Of a stretch of 64,000 bases of DNA, positions 44,312-55,100 are shown in pieces. The position numbers and the translations under genes were made by a program. The notes below the pieces were generated by a model. That model was not told the origin of the DNA, ran no database searches, and was given only the letters and a program-made list of their open reading frames with translations. The stretch is taken from assembly GCA_964619725.1 (NCBI GenBank), contig CAZUFC010000010.1, positions 38,277 through 102,276 on the forward strand. Reading direction: 5' to 3'. Within the stretch, counting starts at the first letter, position 1; every line of letters starts with the position of its first letter. Source of the stretch: an uncultured bacterium (GTDB lineage: Bacteria; CSSED10-310; CAZUFC01).

Positions 44312-44368
44312 CAGTGACTGTCCAGCATTAAATTTTGAATCGACAATCGAGTTTATGGACAGGCACTA
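44312..44368. repeat. 57-bp dispersed palindromic unit, inverted, abutting the MITE-like element
   Basis: Reverse complement TAGTGCCTGTCCATAAACTCGATTGTCGATTCAAAATTTAATGCTGGACAGTCACTG matches 12676-12732. Confidence 0.85.
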
Positions 44369-44568
44369 ATTGAAAATCTTTCTCAATCAGCGCATGTTCA
44401 CAAGCCCATTTAATTACTTTACGGATCGGCGAACAGGCTTTTTGAGTTCCTGCTTCATAAAGGAACGAATTATTTTGATGGATGCCCCAATTTTTTTTGC
44501 AGCTTGCCGAGTCATCCGTTTTATGGTAATTATTTTTGAGTTTTTAAAGGGGGACGAGTCGAAACGCC

Positions 44569-45822
44569 ATGGACAAACCGGGAAAAACCAGGAAAAAAGT
44601 TTTTGTTATAAGCGCAATTGCGGTTTCCGCCCTTTTGCTTCATTCATTGGCAAGGACGACGCATAAAAGTGCGGTTCAGGCATCGCCTTCAGGCATGACG
44701 AAACTGCACAAGCTGATTAAATCAGGTTCTGCGGCAGTCTGGAATGAAAACAACGAACCGCTTCTTGAAATAAACGCAAAGCGGATGAACGTGCCTGCGT
44801 CAATACTCAAGATCATTACGGCCGCTGCATTTCTTCAGCATTTTGAATTGGATTACAGGTTTCCCACGATTTTTTGTCAGGATGCGGAAAAGAATCTTTA
44901 TATAAAAGGTTTCGGCGATCCTTTCCTGGTTTCGGAGGAATGGGCATCCATAGCCGATGAACTTTTTAAGCGAGGCGTAAGAGAGATCAAAGATATATAC
45001 CTGGACGACCTCTATTTTGACCCGAACATAATGATACCCGGAATCGGCGATTCGACCAATCCTTTTGATGCTCATAACGGGGCGCTTTCGACCAACTTCA
45101 ATACGATAAACGTGATCATATCTTCCGACGGGAAAACGATACGCAGCGCCGAACCGCAGACTCCTCTAACGCCGTTTATCAGAAGGAAGGCTCTCTCTTC
45201 AGGTAAAACAGGCCGGGTAAGAATCAACATTCACCAAGATCGTTCGGACATCCTGAAGCTTACCGGTTCGCTTGCCTCAGCGTTTTTTTCCCGGTCAGGC
45301 ATCATGGTTCGGGGAAAAACAAGGGAAGGAAAAACGCCGAATTATCTTAGTCCCGTGTTGGTTCATCGATCATCAAAAACTGCAGCGGAAATCCTGGAAG
45401 CCATGATGAAATTTTCAAATAATTTCATCGCCAATCAACTATTTTTAATACTCGGCGCTAAAGCTCGACGGCCTCCCGCAACCCTCGAAAAATCGGTCAA
45501 TTCGGTAAAAAAATACGTCAGAGACAGACTGGAAATAGAACAGTTCAACATTGTCGAGGGTTCCGGCATCAGCCGCAAGAACCTCATTTCAGCCGAAAGT
45601 TTCGGCAAAGCGCTGGCGGATTTTCGCCCCTATTATAAACTTCTGCCGCAATATGAAACCAATGTTTGGGCCAAGACTGGGACTTTAAGCAACGTCAAGA
45701 ATCTGGCGGGTTATTTCGTTCCTCGTTCCGACCCGAATAAGCTTTACTCGTTCGTAATCATGCTGCGGAGTTGGCGCAACAAGCGGGACGAAGCTTTAGA
45801 ACTTCTCAGGAATCAATTTTAG
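44569..45822 (+). CDS. dacB: D-alanyl-D-alanine carboxypeptidase/endopeptidase, PBP4 (S13)
   Basis: PASILK (SxxK); G.GDP; SNNFIA (SxN); GSG.SR.N; AKTGTL. Confidence 0.9.
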   Translation: MDKPGKTRKKVFVISAIAVSALLLHSLARTTHKSAVQASPSGMTKLHKLIKSGSAAVWNENNEPLLEINAKRMNVPASILKIITAAAFLQHFELDYRFPTIFCQDAEKNLYIKGFGDPFLVSEEWASIADELFKRGVREIKDIYLDDLYFDPNIMIPGIGDSTNPFDAHNGALSTNFNTINVIISSDGKTIRSAEPQTPLTPFIRRKALSSGKTGRVRINIHQDRSDILKLTGSLASAFFSRSGIMVRGKTREGKTPNYLSPVLVHRSSKTAAEILEAMMKFSNNFIANQLFLILGAKARRPPATLEKSVNSVKKYVRDRLEIEQFNIVEGSGISRKNLISAESFGKALADFRPYYKLLPQYETNVWAKTGTLSNVKNLAGYFVPRSDPNKLYSFVIMLRSWRNKRDEALELLRNQF

Positions 45823-45891
45823 AACAGCGAAAGCCCAGTCTTCTGCCGTTCATGCTGCCGGTGCGAAGCGCCTGTTTTACCGGTCCCGATA

Positions 45892-45999
45892 TCAGGATTT
45901 TTCTTTTTTCTTTTTTTTCTTTCGGGCTTTTGAGCGGGTTACTCCGTTGGATTTCCTCCATATTTTGCCCTTTTTAGTGCGTCGGTCGCCTTTACCCAT
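45892..45999 (-). CDS. thx: 30S ribosomal protein THX (bTHX/bS31), 35 aa
   Basis: MGKGDRRTKKGKIWRKSNGVTRSK... matches the THX signature MGKGD.RT..GKI; strong RBS GAGGAGGTGA just upstream. Confidence 0.9.
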   Translation of the reverse strand: MGKGDRRTKKGKIWRKSNGVTRSKARKKKKKKEKS

Positions 46000-46003
46000 C
46001 GCT

Positions 46004-47248
46004 TCACCTCCTCTTATTCTTCTTTTTATTTCTGTTGATTTCGAGCGATGTCGACAAACCTCTATTTCGAATTGAAAACCAGACAAGCCTTTTCTTGGTC
46101 ATAACGAAAAAGCGTTTGGCGTATTTTTTAAGCGCTTTTTGATCAATATCGAATCCGAGTCCCGGTTTTTTTGGAACGTCGAGTTTTCCTTTCTGGTGGA
46201 GGAAAGGTTGCTGCAAAAGAGCGTCTCTGGCTTCAATGGTCCATCCCGGCGGATTAAGGGGGTATTCGAGCGTCATTTTATTCTGGAAGCCAGAAGCGGC
46301 CAGCATGTGCATATTAACGGCGAGGCCGATGCCGTTAGTCCAGGTATGAGGAGAGAAATCAAGGTTATGCTCTCTGCAGAGCCGGCTGATTTTATGAGTC
46401 TGTGCAATCCCTCCGGTAAACAGTGCATCCGGCTGAAGGATATCGAAGCATTTTCTTTCGATCATCATTTTCAGTTCCGGGAAACCTGACGAATTCAATT
46501 CTCCGCCTGAAATGGGAACCCGGCTGGAGCGAACCAGTGCGGAAAGATCATCGTAAGCGTCCATGGGTAAGGGCTCCTCCAGCCATTTTATGCCGTGATC
46601 CGCACAAAAACCGGCGAATCTTTGAGCTCTTTTCAAGTCCCATAACGGAGCATCGGATATAATGGTAACTCGCCACCCCTGATTAGCATCGACGGCGAAT
46701 TTTACCTTATCATCAAATGCTTTTACGGTTTCCCCGACATGTTTTTCATCCACCTTCTCATCGAATGCGTGAACTCTGATTTTGATATCCCGAAAACCCT
46801 GTTCAAACAATTTTTCCGCCTGCTTGATCCTCTCAGAAGGTTCTTTTATCTCGCCTGTCGAAGCATAAAGCGAAAGGCGACAAGGAGTTCCGCCGAGCAG
46901 TTCACAAACGGGCTTCCCGGCTGCTTTTCCTTTAATGTCCCAGAATGCGGGTTCGATCCAATAGTTACGATGCCCTAAATAGGACATTTCTCTTAAACGC
47001 TGCTGGATCAACTCTATGTCCTCAGCATCTTCTCCAATAAGGTACGGCCCTACTATATCCCCCAGCCCCGATCTCTCCTTGCCCATTGCCGGTCCTGCCG
47101 AATAACCCGTGAGGCCGCTGCCGGCGGTCACTCTGATCAGCGTAAAACGATTTTCTTTTTGCGGAAATCCGGGTATCCAGCTCGGATAGAATGGGGCCGG
47201 CAAAGGATATTCGACATGAAATAATTCTATTTTTTTTATGGGATTCAT
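46004..47248 (-). CDS. Mandelate racemase/muconate lactonizing enzyme family protein
   Basis: WDIKGKAAGKPV.ELLGG; YASTG; KIR; VDANQG; WLEEP; GGE; QPD...GGI; PHTW; PGLG. Confidence 0.9.
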   Translation of the reverse strand: MNPIKKIELFHVEYPLPAPFYPSWIPGFPQKENRFTLIRVTAGSGLTGYSAGPAMGKERSGLGDIVGPYLIGEDAEDIELIQQRLREMSYLGHRNYWIEPAFWDIKGKAAGKPVCELLGGTPCRLSLYASTGEIKEPSERIKQAEKLFEQGFRDIKIRVHAFDEKVDEKHVGETVKAFDDKVKFAVDANQGWRVTIISDAPLWDLKRAQRFAGFCADHGIKWLEEPLPMDAYDDLSALVRSSRVPISGGELNSSGFPELKMMIERKCFDILQPDALFTGGIAQTHKISRLCREHNLDFSPHTWTNGIGLAVNMHMLAASGFQNKMTLEYPLNPPGWTIEARDALLQQPFLHQKGKLDVPKKPGLGFDIDQKALKKYAKRFFVMTKKRLVWFSIRNRGLSTSLEINRNKKKNKRR

Positions 47249-49035
47249 TTTTTTATTTCCGCTTTTACTGCTCTTCCCAGCGTTTCCAAAGTATAGGGCT
47301 TTTTTACGTATTCGCCCGCTCCCAGTTTCTGGGCTTCTTTAACCTCCTGGGTCGGAGAATAGCCGCTGACTATAATGGCTTTCTGTCCGGGATGAATTTC
47401 TATGATCCTTTTGTAAGTTTCTTTGCCGTTCATTCCCGGCTCCATGATCATATCCAACACGACCAGATCGACTTTGTTGTTTTTCAGGAATTCGACAGCC
47501 TTTTCGCCGTCAGGTTCCAAAACGACCTCATAATTCAGCGACGTCAAAAGCGCTTTCGCCATTTCTCTTTGCTGTTTAATGTCATCAACCACCAGTATCT
47601 TTTCTCCTTCGCCTCTTATCTCGCTTACTGAGAACTCTTCATTACGTTTTTCTATTTTACACCTTGTGATCGGAAAATACAAAATGAAAACCGTACCTTT
47701 TTCGGGAGAACTTTTTACGTCAATGTACCCTTTGTGGTCCTTCATGGCGTTCCAGACGATCGTCAGCCCCAGTCCGGTCCCGCTACGGCCCAGATTCTTC
47801 TTGGCATAGAAGGGTTCAAATATTCTTTCCAGACGCTCATCATCAATCCCCGGCCCATTATCAGATACTTTAAGGACGGCATATTCGCCCGGTAAAGCGC
47901 TGTCGAAACCTTTCAGCGTATCGACCAGATGAATGTTCTCAGTCGAAATACGTATCACGCCGTCACTGCTGTCCTCCAGAGCCTCAGCCGCATTTGAAAC
48001 CAGGTTCATCAGCGCTTTTCTCACATGTATAACGGAGGCATTGATATTTTTGAGGTTCTTCGACAGATATCTCTGCACCCGCAGCCCTTTATGACTCTCC
48101 AGGAGCTTCGCGTGTTCGGGCGATACCAGATACTCCTCAACAATATCGTTCAAATTGGCCGCTTCTTTTTTACCGGCGACTCCTCGGGTCAGCGTCAGCA
48201 TGTCTGAAACCACGGCTGAAGCTCTCAGCCCAGAATCACGTATGGCCTTGAGGGCTTTACGATGAGAATTCGAGAGGCAATCGTCCATAAGAAGCAGTTC
48301 CGGATAACCGACGATACCGGACAGAATGTTATTCAGATCATGGGCTACTCCTCCCGTCAACAAACCCAGGGCTTCCATTCTTTTGGCTCTGTCCAGGCGT
48401 CTTTCGCTTTCCCTTAGTTTCCGGTTCAGTTCAGCCAGCTTGGCTTCAGTTTCCAGTTTCTTTTGCAGTTCTGCGACCTTCTTTTCCGTTTCCAGTTTTA
48501 AAAGAGCTTGAGTAGCCAGGATAGAAAACCTTCTAGCCAGATTCAAGTGCTCGCGCGAAAAGTGTCCTCTTTTTGAATGAGCGCCGACGAAAACGGCTTT
48601 TTTTTCAACTGCAGATATGGAAAACAGCAACGCTGAACGTATCTCGTCCTGGAAATTCGCATGTTGATCGATCCATTCCGGAACGCTTGAAACGTCAAAA
48701 ACAGCAACCACATCTCCATCCAGGACCCGTTTCATCAACGCACCTGCTTGCCAACGCAAATTAATAAATTTGTCGTCAGAAGCAGCTTCAATTCTTAAAA
48801 AACCTTCATCCTCATAATCCTCATCCGCACTCAGAACGAACGCCGCCTCAGCATCCAGCGCTTCATTCATCACTTCGAAGAGTTTTTCAAACATTAAATG
48901 GGTGTCTTCGGTTAAAACGACGACGCGCAAACCGGCTAAAAGCGCCTCGGCTATTTTCTTCTGGAGCGATTCTTTTTTCCTTGCTTCCTCAAGATTGAGC
49001 AAGGTTTCGCGAAGAACTTCAGATGTATCCTTCAT
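47245..49035 (-). CDS. Hybrid sensor histidine kinase (GAF, HisKA, HATPase, REC)
   Basis: GGVAHDLNNIL; NLVSNAAEA; VSDNGPGI; IFEPF; GTGLGL; C-terminal LDMIM.PGMNG; start set at MKDTSE. Confidence 0.9.
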   Translation of the reverse strand: MKDTSEVLRETLLNLEEARKKESLQKKIAEALLAGLRVVVLTEDTHLMFEKLFEVMNEALDAEAAFVLSADEDYEDEGFLRIEAASDDKFINLRWQAGALMKRVLDGDVVAVFDVSSVPEWIDQHANFQDEIRSALLFSISAVEKKAVFVGAHSKRGHFSREHLNLARRFSILATQALLKLETEKKVAELQKKLETEAKLAELNRKLRESERRLDRAKRMEALGLLTGGVAHDLNNILSGIVGYPELLLMDDCLSNSHRKALKAIRDSGLRASAVVSDMLTLTRGVAGKKEAANLNDIVEEYLVSPEHAKLLESHKGLRVQRYLSKNLKNINASVIHVRKALMNLVSNAAEALEDSSDGVIRISTENIHLVDTLKGFDSALPGEYAVLKVSDNGPGIDDERLERIFEPFYAKKNLGRSGTGLGLTIVWNAMKDHKGYIDVKSSPEKGTVFILYFPITRCKIEKRNEEFSVSEIRGEGEKILVVDDIKQQREMAKALLTSLNYEVVLEPDGEKAVEFLKNNKVDLVVLDMIMEPGMNGKETYKRIIEIHPGQKAIIVSGYSPTQEVKEAQKLGAGEYVKKPYTLETLGRAVKAEIKK

Positions 49036-49036
49036 T

Positions 49037-50242
49037 TCAATACTGTTTCCAGGGTCCGAAAACCAATGAAGCAACCATCAGGTTGCCGTGCCTGTTTTCC
49101 CCTCCTATAAAGCATCCTTGCTCACCAAGCGTGAAAGAGCCCAGGAAAGGGGCATTTCTCAAATTTTTTCTGAGGTCCAGGACGACTTCGTCTATTCTAT
49201 CCTGAATAGCCATCATGCAGCCGGTACAGAAAAGGACAAGCGCGCCCTTGACGTCGTCTCTGTTGAAGAAGGCGGTATCAATAGCTGCCGAAGCGACGCG
49301 ACCGCCGCGGCTGACCAGGCTGTCGGGCGTACCGGTCATCAGAACTACGTCATCTCCCTGACTGATTTCAGTATAGACCACGATTGACTGGTCGGTTCTT
49401 AATTCAACAGGATAGGAAAGTTTATAATAGGATACGCCGCCTATTCGTCCCACAGGGCTTCCCAACGGCGTGAAGGTCGCTGCCGGCACCATGCTGCCCC
49501 CCTGTTCCAGAATGTCCTCAATCAGGCCGTTCGTCCAGTCATTATAAACCACTCCCGCTTTCCTTCCGTCAATTTCGCGCAGAATTCTTCCCTCAGCACG
49601 AGTAACTTTACCTGTGTTTTCCGTCGGTTCATAACCGCTGTTGAACGAATAACTGATTTCACCGGTCGGATACAATACGGCCAGAGATACGGATTCCTGG
49701 AAAAAACCATCCTGGGTAAATTGTCGCCAGTGGCCGTCCATGACCTCATCTGCAGCAGTACCGCCGACTATGGGCACCCCTTTACCCAGGTAGTCCTCTA
49801 TGGTCCTGATCACCTTCTCTTCATACCCCGGAGCATTTGACACTAATACAGCCAAAGGAGCCTCGCCGGGACGTTCCGCTGCCTGTATCGCTCTCTCCAG
49901 AGCTTTCCGAGCAGATGATTCGGCATCTCCATTCAACTTCTCAATCCCTGTCGCATAACTTCCTCTGCGATCCGATATTCCGAGTATTCCTAATCCGTAA
50001 CCGTCTTCTCCATGAAAGCCTTCCTCAGTCATTATGCCTGAGCATGACGTGCCGCCTTGAAAAGGGACTTCTGGAGCCGCCTTTCTGAATTCTTCGATTA
50101 AAGTTTTTAAATCGTACCTGGATGAACAGTGAATCAGCATCAGTTGCGGGGAATCTCCTATTTTTTCCTTTAACTTGCCGTAAGCCTCATCCACAGCTTT
50201 CCGGGCATTATTCTCCGTTGACCAGGACGTTGCTGTCTCCAT
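49037..50242 (-). CDS. FIST N/C domain sensory protein, NosP-like
   Basis: GGTSC; GGTAAD; VT.AEGR...EIDG; FC.GC; G.FT.GEQG; HGNLM. Confidence 0.88.
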   Translation of the reverse strand: METATSWSTENNARKAVDEAYGKLKEKIGDSPQLMLIHCSSRYDLKTLIEEFRKAAPEVPFQGGTSCSGIMTEEGFHGEDGYGLGILGISDRRGSYATGIEKLNGDAESSARKALERAIQAAERPGEAPLAVLVSNAPGYEEKVIRTIEDYLGKGVPIVGGTAADEVMDGHWRQFTQDGFFQESVSLAVLYPTGEISYSFNSGYEPTENTGKVTRAEGRILREIDGRKAGVVYNDWTNGLIEDILEQGGSMVPAATFTPLGSPVGRIGGVSYYKLSYPVELRTDQSIVVYTEISQGDDVVLMTGTPDSLVSRGGRVASAAIDTAFFNRDDVKGALVLFCTGCMMAIQDRIDEVVLDLRKNLRNAPFLGSFTLGEQGCFIGGENRHGNLMVASLVFGPWKQY

Positions 50243-50374
50243 TTTTTCTCCTTTATTTCCTTTTATATTAGCTCACGAAATTAGGGCAGGACCTTTTGAC
50301 CGGACGCGCATATCCCCCGTTTTTATTTATAATAATTTCCTGTTTTGTGTCAATAAGGTCGAATCTTAACAACT

Positions 50375-51793
50375 TCAGATGCTTCTACAATCAGGTTTGA
50401 AAAAGATACAAAAGGAGGCTCCCGGATTATTTTTGCATTCCAGCCTGCCCTGCAACTGGTTCCGGGTCAATATTTTCACGAGTTTCAAACCCAGTGAATC
50501 GATATTGTTTATATCAAAATCGTCCGGCAGTCCTATACCGTTATCCGAAACCGTAAACCTGTATTCATCCTGAGAGTATCGGTCCAGGTTGAGAAAAATT
50601 TTTCCCTTGCCTTTAAAAGTATCAGGAAAAGCATATTTCAATGCATTTGAGACCAGTTCATTCACGATCAGTCCGCATGGGACTGCCACATCAACGCCCA
50701 AATTCACATTGCTGACGTTCTGGATTAATTCTACCCTGTGGGGTCTTGTACCGTAAAATTTATATAAGTTGCCGACCAGGTTCTTAATATAATCCCGGAA
50801 ATCGATTCTCGCCAGGTCCTTTGTTCTGTATAAATTCTCATGAACCAGCGCCATAGCCCTGATGCGATTATGACTTTCCCTGAAAATTCTGATCAATGCA
50901 GGGTCTTTTATATGGTAGGCCTGTAAACTCAGAAGACTGGAGATAACCTGTAAATTGTTCTTCACTCGGTGATGTATTTCCTTCAGAAGAACTTCCTTTT
51001 CTTCCAGGGAAGACCGTATTTTCTCTTCAACCTTAATCCTTTCGGTGATATTAAGCGTCACTTCAATACCGCCGGTCACTTCGCCGGAATCTTTCCTGAC
51101 GGGATAGCCCGTTATGAACCAGTAATTGCCGTCAGGAGTTTTCTTTTCAATTGTCTGTTTTATCCCGGTTTTCATGGCTTTCGCTACCGGACAATCTTCG
51201 CATACTTCTCCTCTTCCTGCCCAAACCCTGTAACAGTATTGACCGATAAGCTCTTCGCGTTCACAGGATACGGATTCGGCGGCCGCGCGATTCAACCAGA
51301 TAATTTTGTGATCCAAGTCCTGGTAAACGACATGTTCACTTATAGTATCCAGAATGATTCTTTTTTCTTTTTCGGAATTTTTCAGGAAAGATTCCAGTTT
51401 TTTAAGGTGAGTCACTTCATTAATATTAAATACTGCGCCTGCGACATTCCCGTCGTCGTCGAACCATGGAGTTCCGTTTATAGAAAGAAAGGCTTGTGAA
51501 CCGTCCTTTTTCATTATTGTATGACGCATATCGAAAATGCTTTTCTTTAAATCGACGATCCTTCTGAAAGGTAATTCCTCATCAGGAACAGGCTTTCCGT
51601 CGAAATCAGTAATTTGCCATTCCTTGTCGTTATATTTCCGGTTAAGAATCTCTTTTTTGCCGGCGCCGAACAAGTTTTCCGCCTGTCGATTGGTGAAAAC
51701 AATGCTGCCTTCAATATCGACGACGGCTATGGCGGAAGGACTGGTTTCGACGATTTGTCCAATCAAATTATCTCTGGGTATGGCTGATTTCAT
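50375..51793 (-). CDS. PAS-PAS sensor histidine kinase, HisKA_2 type
   Basis: Two PAS domains; LLKEIHHRVKNNLQVISSLL; NELVSNALKYAF; DNGIG; SLGL.LV. Confidence 0.92.
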   Translation of the reverse strand: MKSAIPRDNLIGQIVETSPSAIAVVDIEGSIVFTNRQAENLFGAGKKEILNRKYNDKEWQITDFDGKPVPDEELPFRRIVDLKKSIFDMRHTIMKKDGSQAFLSINGTPWFDDDGNVAGAVFNINEVTHLKKLESFLKNSEKEKRIILDTISEHVVYQDLDHKIIWLNRAAAESVSCEREELIGQYCYRVWAGRGEVCEDCPVAKAMKTGIKQTIEKKTPDGNYWFITGYPVRKDSGEVTGGIEVTLNITERIKVEEKIRSSLEEKEVLLKEIHHRVKNNLQVISSLLSLQAYHIKDPALIRIFRESHNRIRAMALVHENLYRTKDLARIDFRDYIKNLVGNLYKFYGTRPHRVELIQNVSNVNLGVDVAVPCGLIVNELVSNALKYAFPDTFKGKGKIFLNLDRYSQDEYRFTVSDNGIGLPDDFDINNIDSLGLKLVKILTRNQLQGRLECKNNPGASFCIFFKPDCRSI

Positions 51794-52060
51794 ATTGATC
51801 CTTGCCTGGTTTCAGGAAAGCAGGATGCCGAATAATTTAATCATAGCAAAAGGAGGCGGAAGCGGCAAGCATTAATACACATAACAAAGCAGCGAATAAT
51901 CAAATGGGGATTGCAATCTCCCCCTTCCGAACTTTGCTGTTGGGATAAAGAGAACAGATCATTGTTTCTAATGGAAGAAACGCTAGAAATGTATTCGTTG
52001 CGGATGCCCGATTCCTTCAGATATTGATTTTCATATTTTCATCAGGCCATGTTTTGACAT

Positions 52061-52092
52061 AAAAAAAGCGGGTTCGAAGAACCCGCTTTTTT
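52061..52092. terminator. Intrinsic terminator with symmetric A/T tails after the giant surface protein
   Basis: AAAAAAGCGGGTTC-GAA-GAACCCGCTTTTTT. Confidence 0.9.
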
Positions 52093-52116
52093 CAGTGATT
52101 TATACCAGGTTTACAA

Positions 52117-55100
52117 TTAACCTCTTTTCCTCGCTTTGAAACCGATAAGGCCTCCGAACAACAGCACGAGCAGTGTTATGCCTGCGCCGGAGAAGGCTGG
52201 AATCTGGTAACCGGTGCATGTGACGGTGAGGTCATAAGTACCGGCATCTCCGTCATAGCCGTCAACGACGATGAAGTAGGCGCCTGCGGGGGCGTGTTCG
52301 ATGACGATCGATTCAGAGCCGACCGAAGCGCTGTAATCGACGCAGGAGAATTCGCTGCATCCGTCGAGCAGGAACATATCCAGGTCGACGCCGGTTTCCG
52401 GAGTCATCTCAAAGGCCAGTTCGCTCAAAGCTTCAGTCGTTACGAGCGTGTGAACCACTTCCGGTCCTGATTCGGTAAAGAGAGTGCAATCGGGATACCA
52501 GTTGACGTCGTTATCTGCAGTAGTCGTATCGCCGGAGTAGTCACTTCCGCATGTAAGCATAACGGCTTCGCTGCAATCCAGAGCGGGCTGACAGAGGATT
52601 CTGAGTGTGTAAGCGCCCTCAGAAGCGTTTCTGCCGTCTACTACGACGTAGTAGGCGCCGGCTTCCGGTTCTTCGATGTAGGCGAAACGGTCGCCGCCCG
52701 AGAGGCAATCGTAGTTGTTGCAGGAACCGAGTATGAAGACATCGAGGTTTTCGGTCATATTCGACAGGTCGGCATAGAGCAGACTTTCCGTTCCGTCGAG
52801 ATTAATGACGTAGACGTCTTCAGGGCCGGTTTCGGCCCAGCCTGAGCCGCATCCGTATTGATCAGCCGTACTGGTTCCTCCGGTAGTGTCGCCGTCGATC
52901 TGGACGCCGCAATAGGCGATGACGGCATCAGTGCAATCAAGCGTTCCGATGCACATGTTGCTTTCGCCCGGAGTCTGCATGCTCTCGCAGAAATCGGTCA
53001 GGTTGTCGTCGGTATCGTCGCCGTCGGGATATCGGGAAAGCGAATTGACGTCATCCGCGGGTTCAGGCACAGGGTCCCCTTCGCCGGCGAAGCAGAGATC
53101 AGTGAAGTCTCCGTAACCGACCGCATCGAGGACCGATTCGCCCATAACGAGCTGCACGCTGTCGGGTCCGTTCTGCCAGTTGACTGCGGTATCGATCATA
53201 TCGTAGTTGGGTACGCCGTCATCCTGGGCGACGACGAAGAGGCCGTCCGCAGGAATCACATTACCGTCCAGAGCGATCGTATCGTAGATATCGCAATCCA
53301 CGGAACCGTTCAATCCTATGAGAGATAAGCCGTCCAGGCTTGCGCCGGGAGGACCGATCAATTCGGTGTAGGTATGAATGTCTGTTCCGTCGGCATCATA
53401 GTAGATTTCGTTGATGTAAACGCCGGGATGGCAACATACTCTGACAACATAGGGACCGCCTTCGGATGCCCAGGGACCGGCTTCCACTGCAATGTAGAAG
53501 GGTCCGTCTTCGGGATCGAGAGTCAGCGTGAGCATGGAGTCCCAATATTCGGGATCGCCGCACCAGCCTTCGCAATCGCCGTAATTGTCGTCGTTATAGT
53601 CGATCAATGCACATTCCGCATCATAAACTGAAACGTAGGAATCCAATCCCGTTCCGTAAGGCCATTCGCATTCGGAATAGTCCGCGAAAACACTCACCGT
53701 AACTTCCATCGGTTCATCGATGACCAGCTTGTAATAATCGACGTCCAGAAGTCCGTCAATTTCGCCGCACATGCTGTCGCCGCAGGCGATGGTGTTCTCT
53801 TCTTCAGGACAGTCGTCGTTCGGTTCAAGCTCGAACGGATAGGGACATGTGCCTGTAGGAGTCGGTGAGGGCAGGGGAGTAGGCGTACCTTCGGGGCAGA
53901 GCACTTCAAGCGCGTAATTTCCGCCCAGCGAGGAGAGTGAATAGCTGTCGATCCAGATGTAATAGCTGCCTGCTGCAAGCGTGTCGGTATAGTTCATGTA
54001 CCCGTAACTGTTGTGAACGATGTCGCCGCAGCTCGGATCGAGGTGGTCACCTTCTGTGTCCACGCAAAGGATGTCGCCGAGAGTTTCGCTGCAGGATGTA
54101 GCGATGGTCCAGTCAGCATCATAATCGGCTTCTCCGATGAAGGCCACGAAGGTTTCTTCGGTCAGCAGCAGTTCATAAACCACGTCCGGACCGGCATGAC
54201 CAGTGCCGCAATCATGGAAATTGGTCGCGCCTTCCGTCGTTCCCGTGACGCATTCGTCGCACGAGATCATCAACGGATTATCGCAGGTGTCTCCAGGCAC
54301 ATGTGTCGGAACCGGCGTAGCCGTAGGTTCGACGAATTCTTCAACGCAGATGTCGTCTATGAACCAGCCGTGATCAGCGTTGCTGGAATCCGTCCTGTGG
54401 TTGAAGGTAACCGTGATGGCCTGTCCCGCATAAGCGCTTAACGAGAACAATGCCGTTTCCCAATCGGGAGCAGCATCGTGAGTTCCAGAATAACCGCCCG
54501 GCGGTTCGTGTGAGTAATGGCCGTTGGGGTTGTATGCAGTGCCTTCGAGCGGTTCGACCGCTGTGCCGTTGATCTGCACCTGGCCGCTGTCCCAACCCGA
54601 TTCATAATCGAACCAGTTGGAGAACGTCAAAGCGTAAGTACCCGTGGCAGGTACAAGTATGACGACGGTTAAATCGTCATCGGCAGACAAGGAGTAATTG
54701 CCGTCCAGTACAGTTCCCCAGCAATTGGGAGAACTGGCGGCAGCAGCAGGTCCTGCTGTTGGAGCGCCAAGGGCCCAGTCGCCTTCAAACTGGAACGGTC
54801 CGGGATCGCCGTCGTCAAAGTTCCAGCATGCTGTTTCCAGAGGGTCCCAATAAGGCGTAGGCGTCGGCACAGGCGTCTCAGTGGGAATTTCCGTCGGCGT
54901 ATAGACCGGCGTGGGTTCCAGCCAGGTCCCTACAAAGTCTGTAGCCGGCCAGAAATCTTCGCATTGGTAATTGGCCCAATGAGACGAGAAGTCAAGACAG
55001 TCGCTTGGGGGAGCGCTGAACGAGTATTCGCTGTAGGAAGCGCCCGGCCTTTCCGTTCCTGACCAGTAATGTCCGCCGCTGATGTAATCATTCGTTAAAT

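Noticed and set aside
45892-46086. 64-aa ORF as given in the track
   Set aside because: The upstream part overlaps the racemase gene; the RBS and family signature place the real start at 45999.
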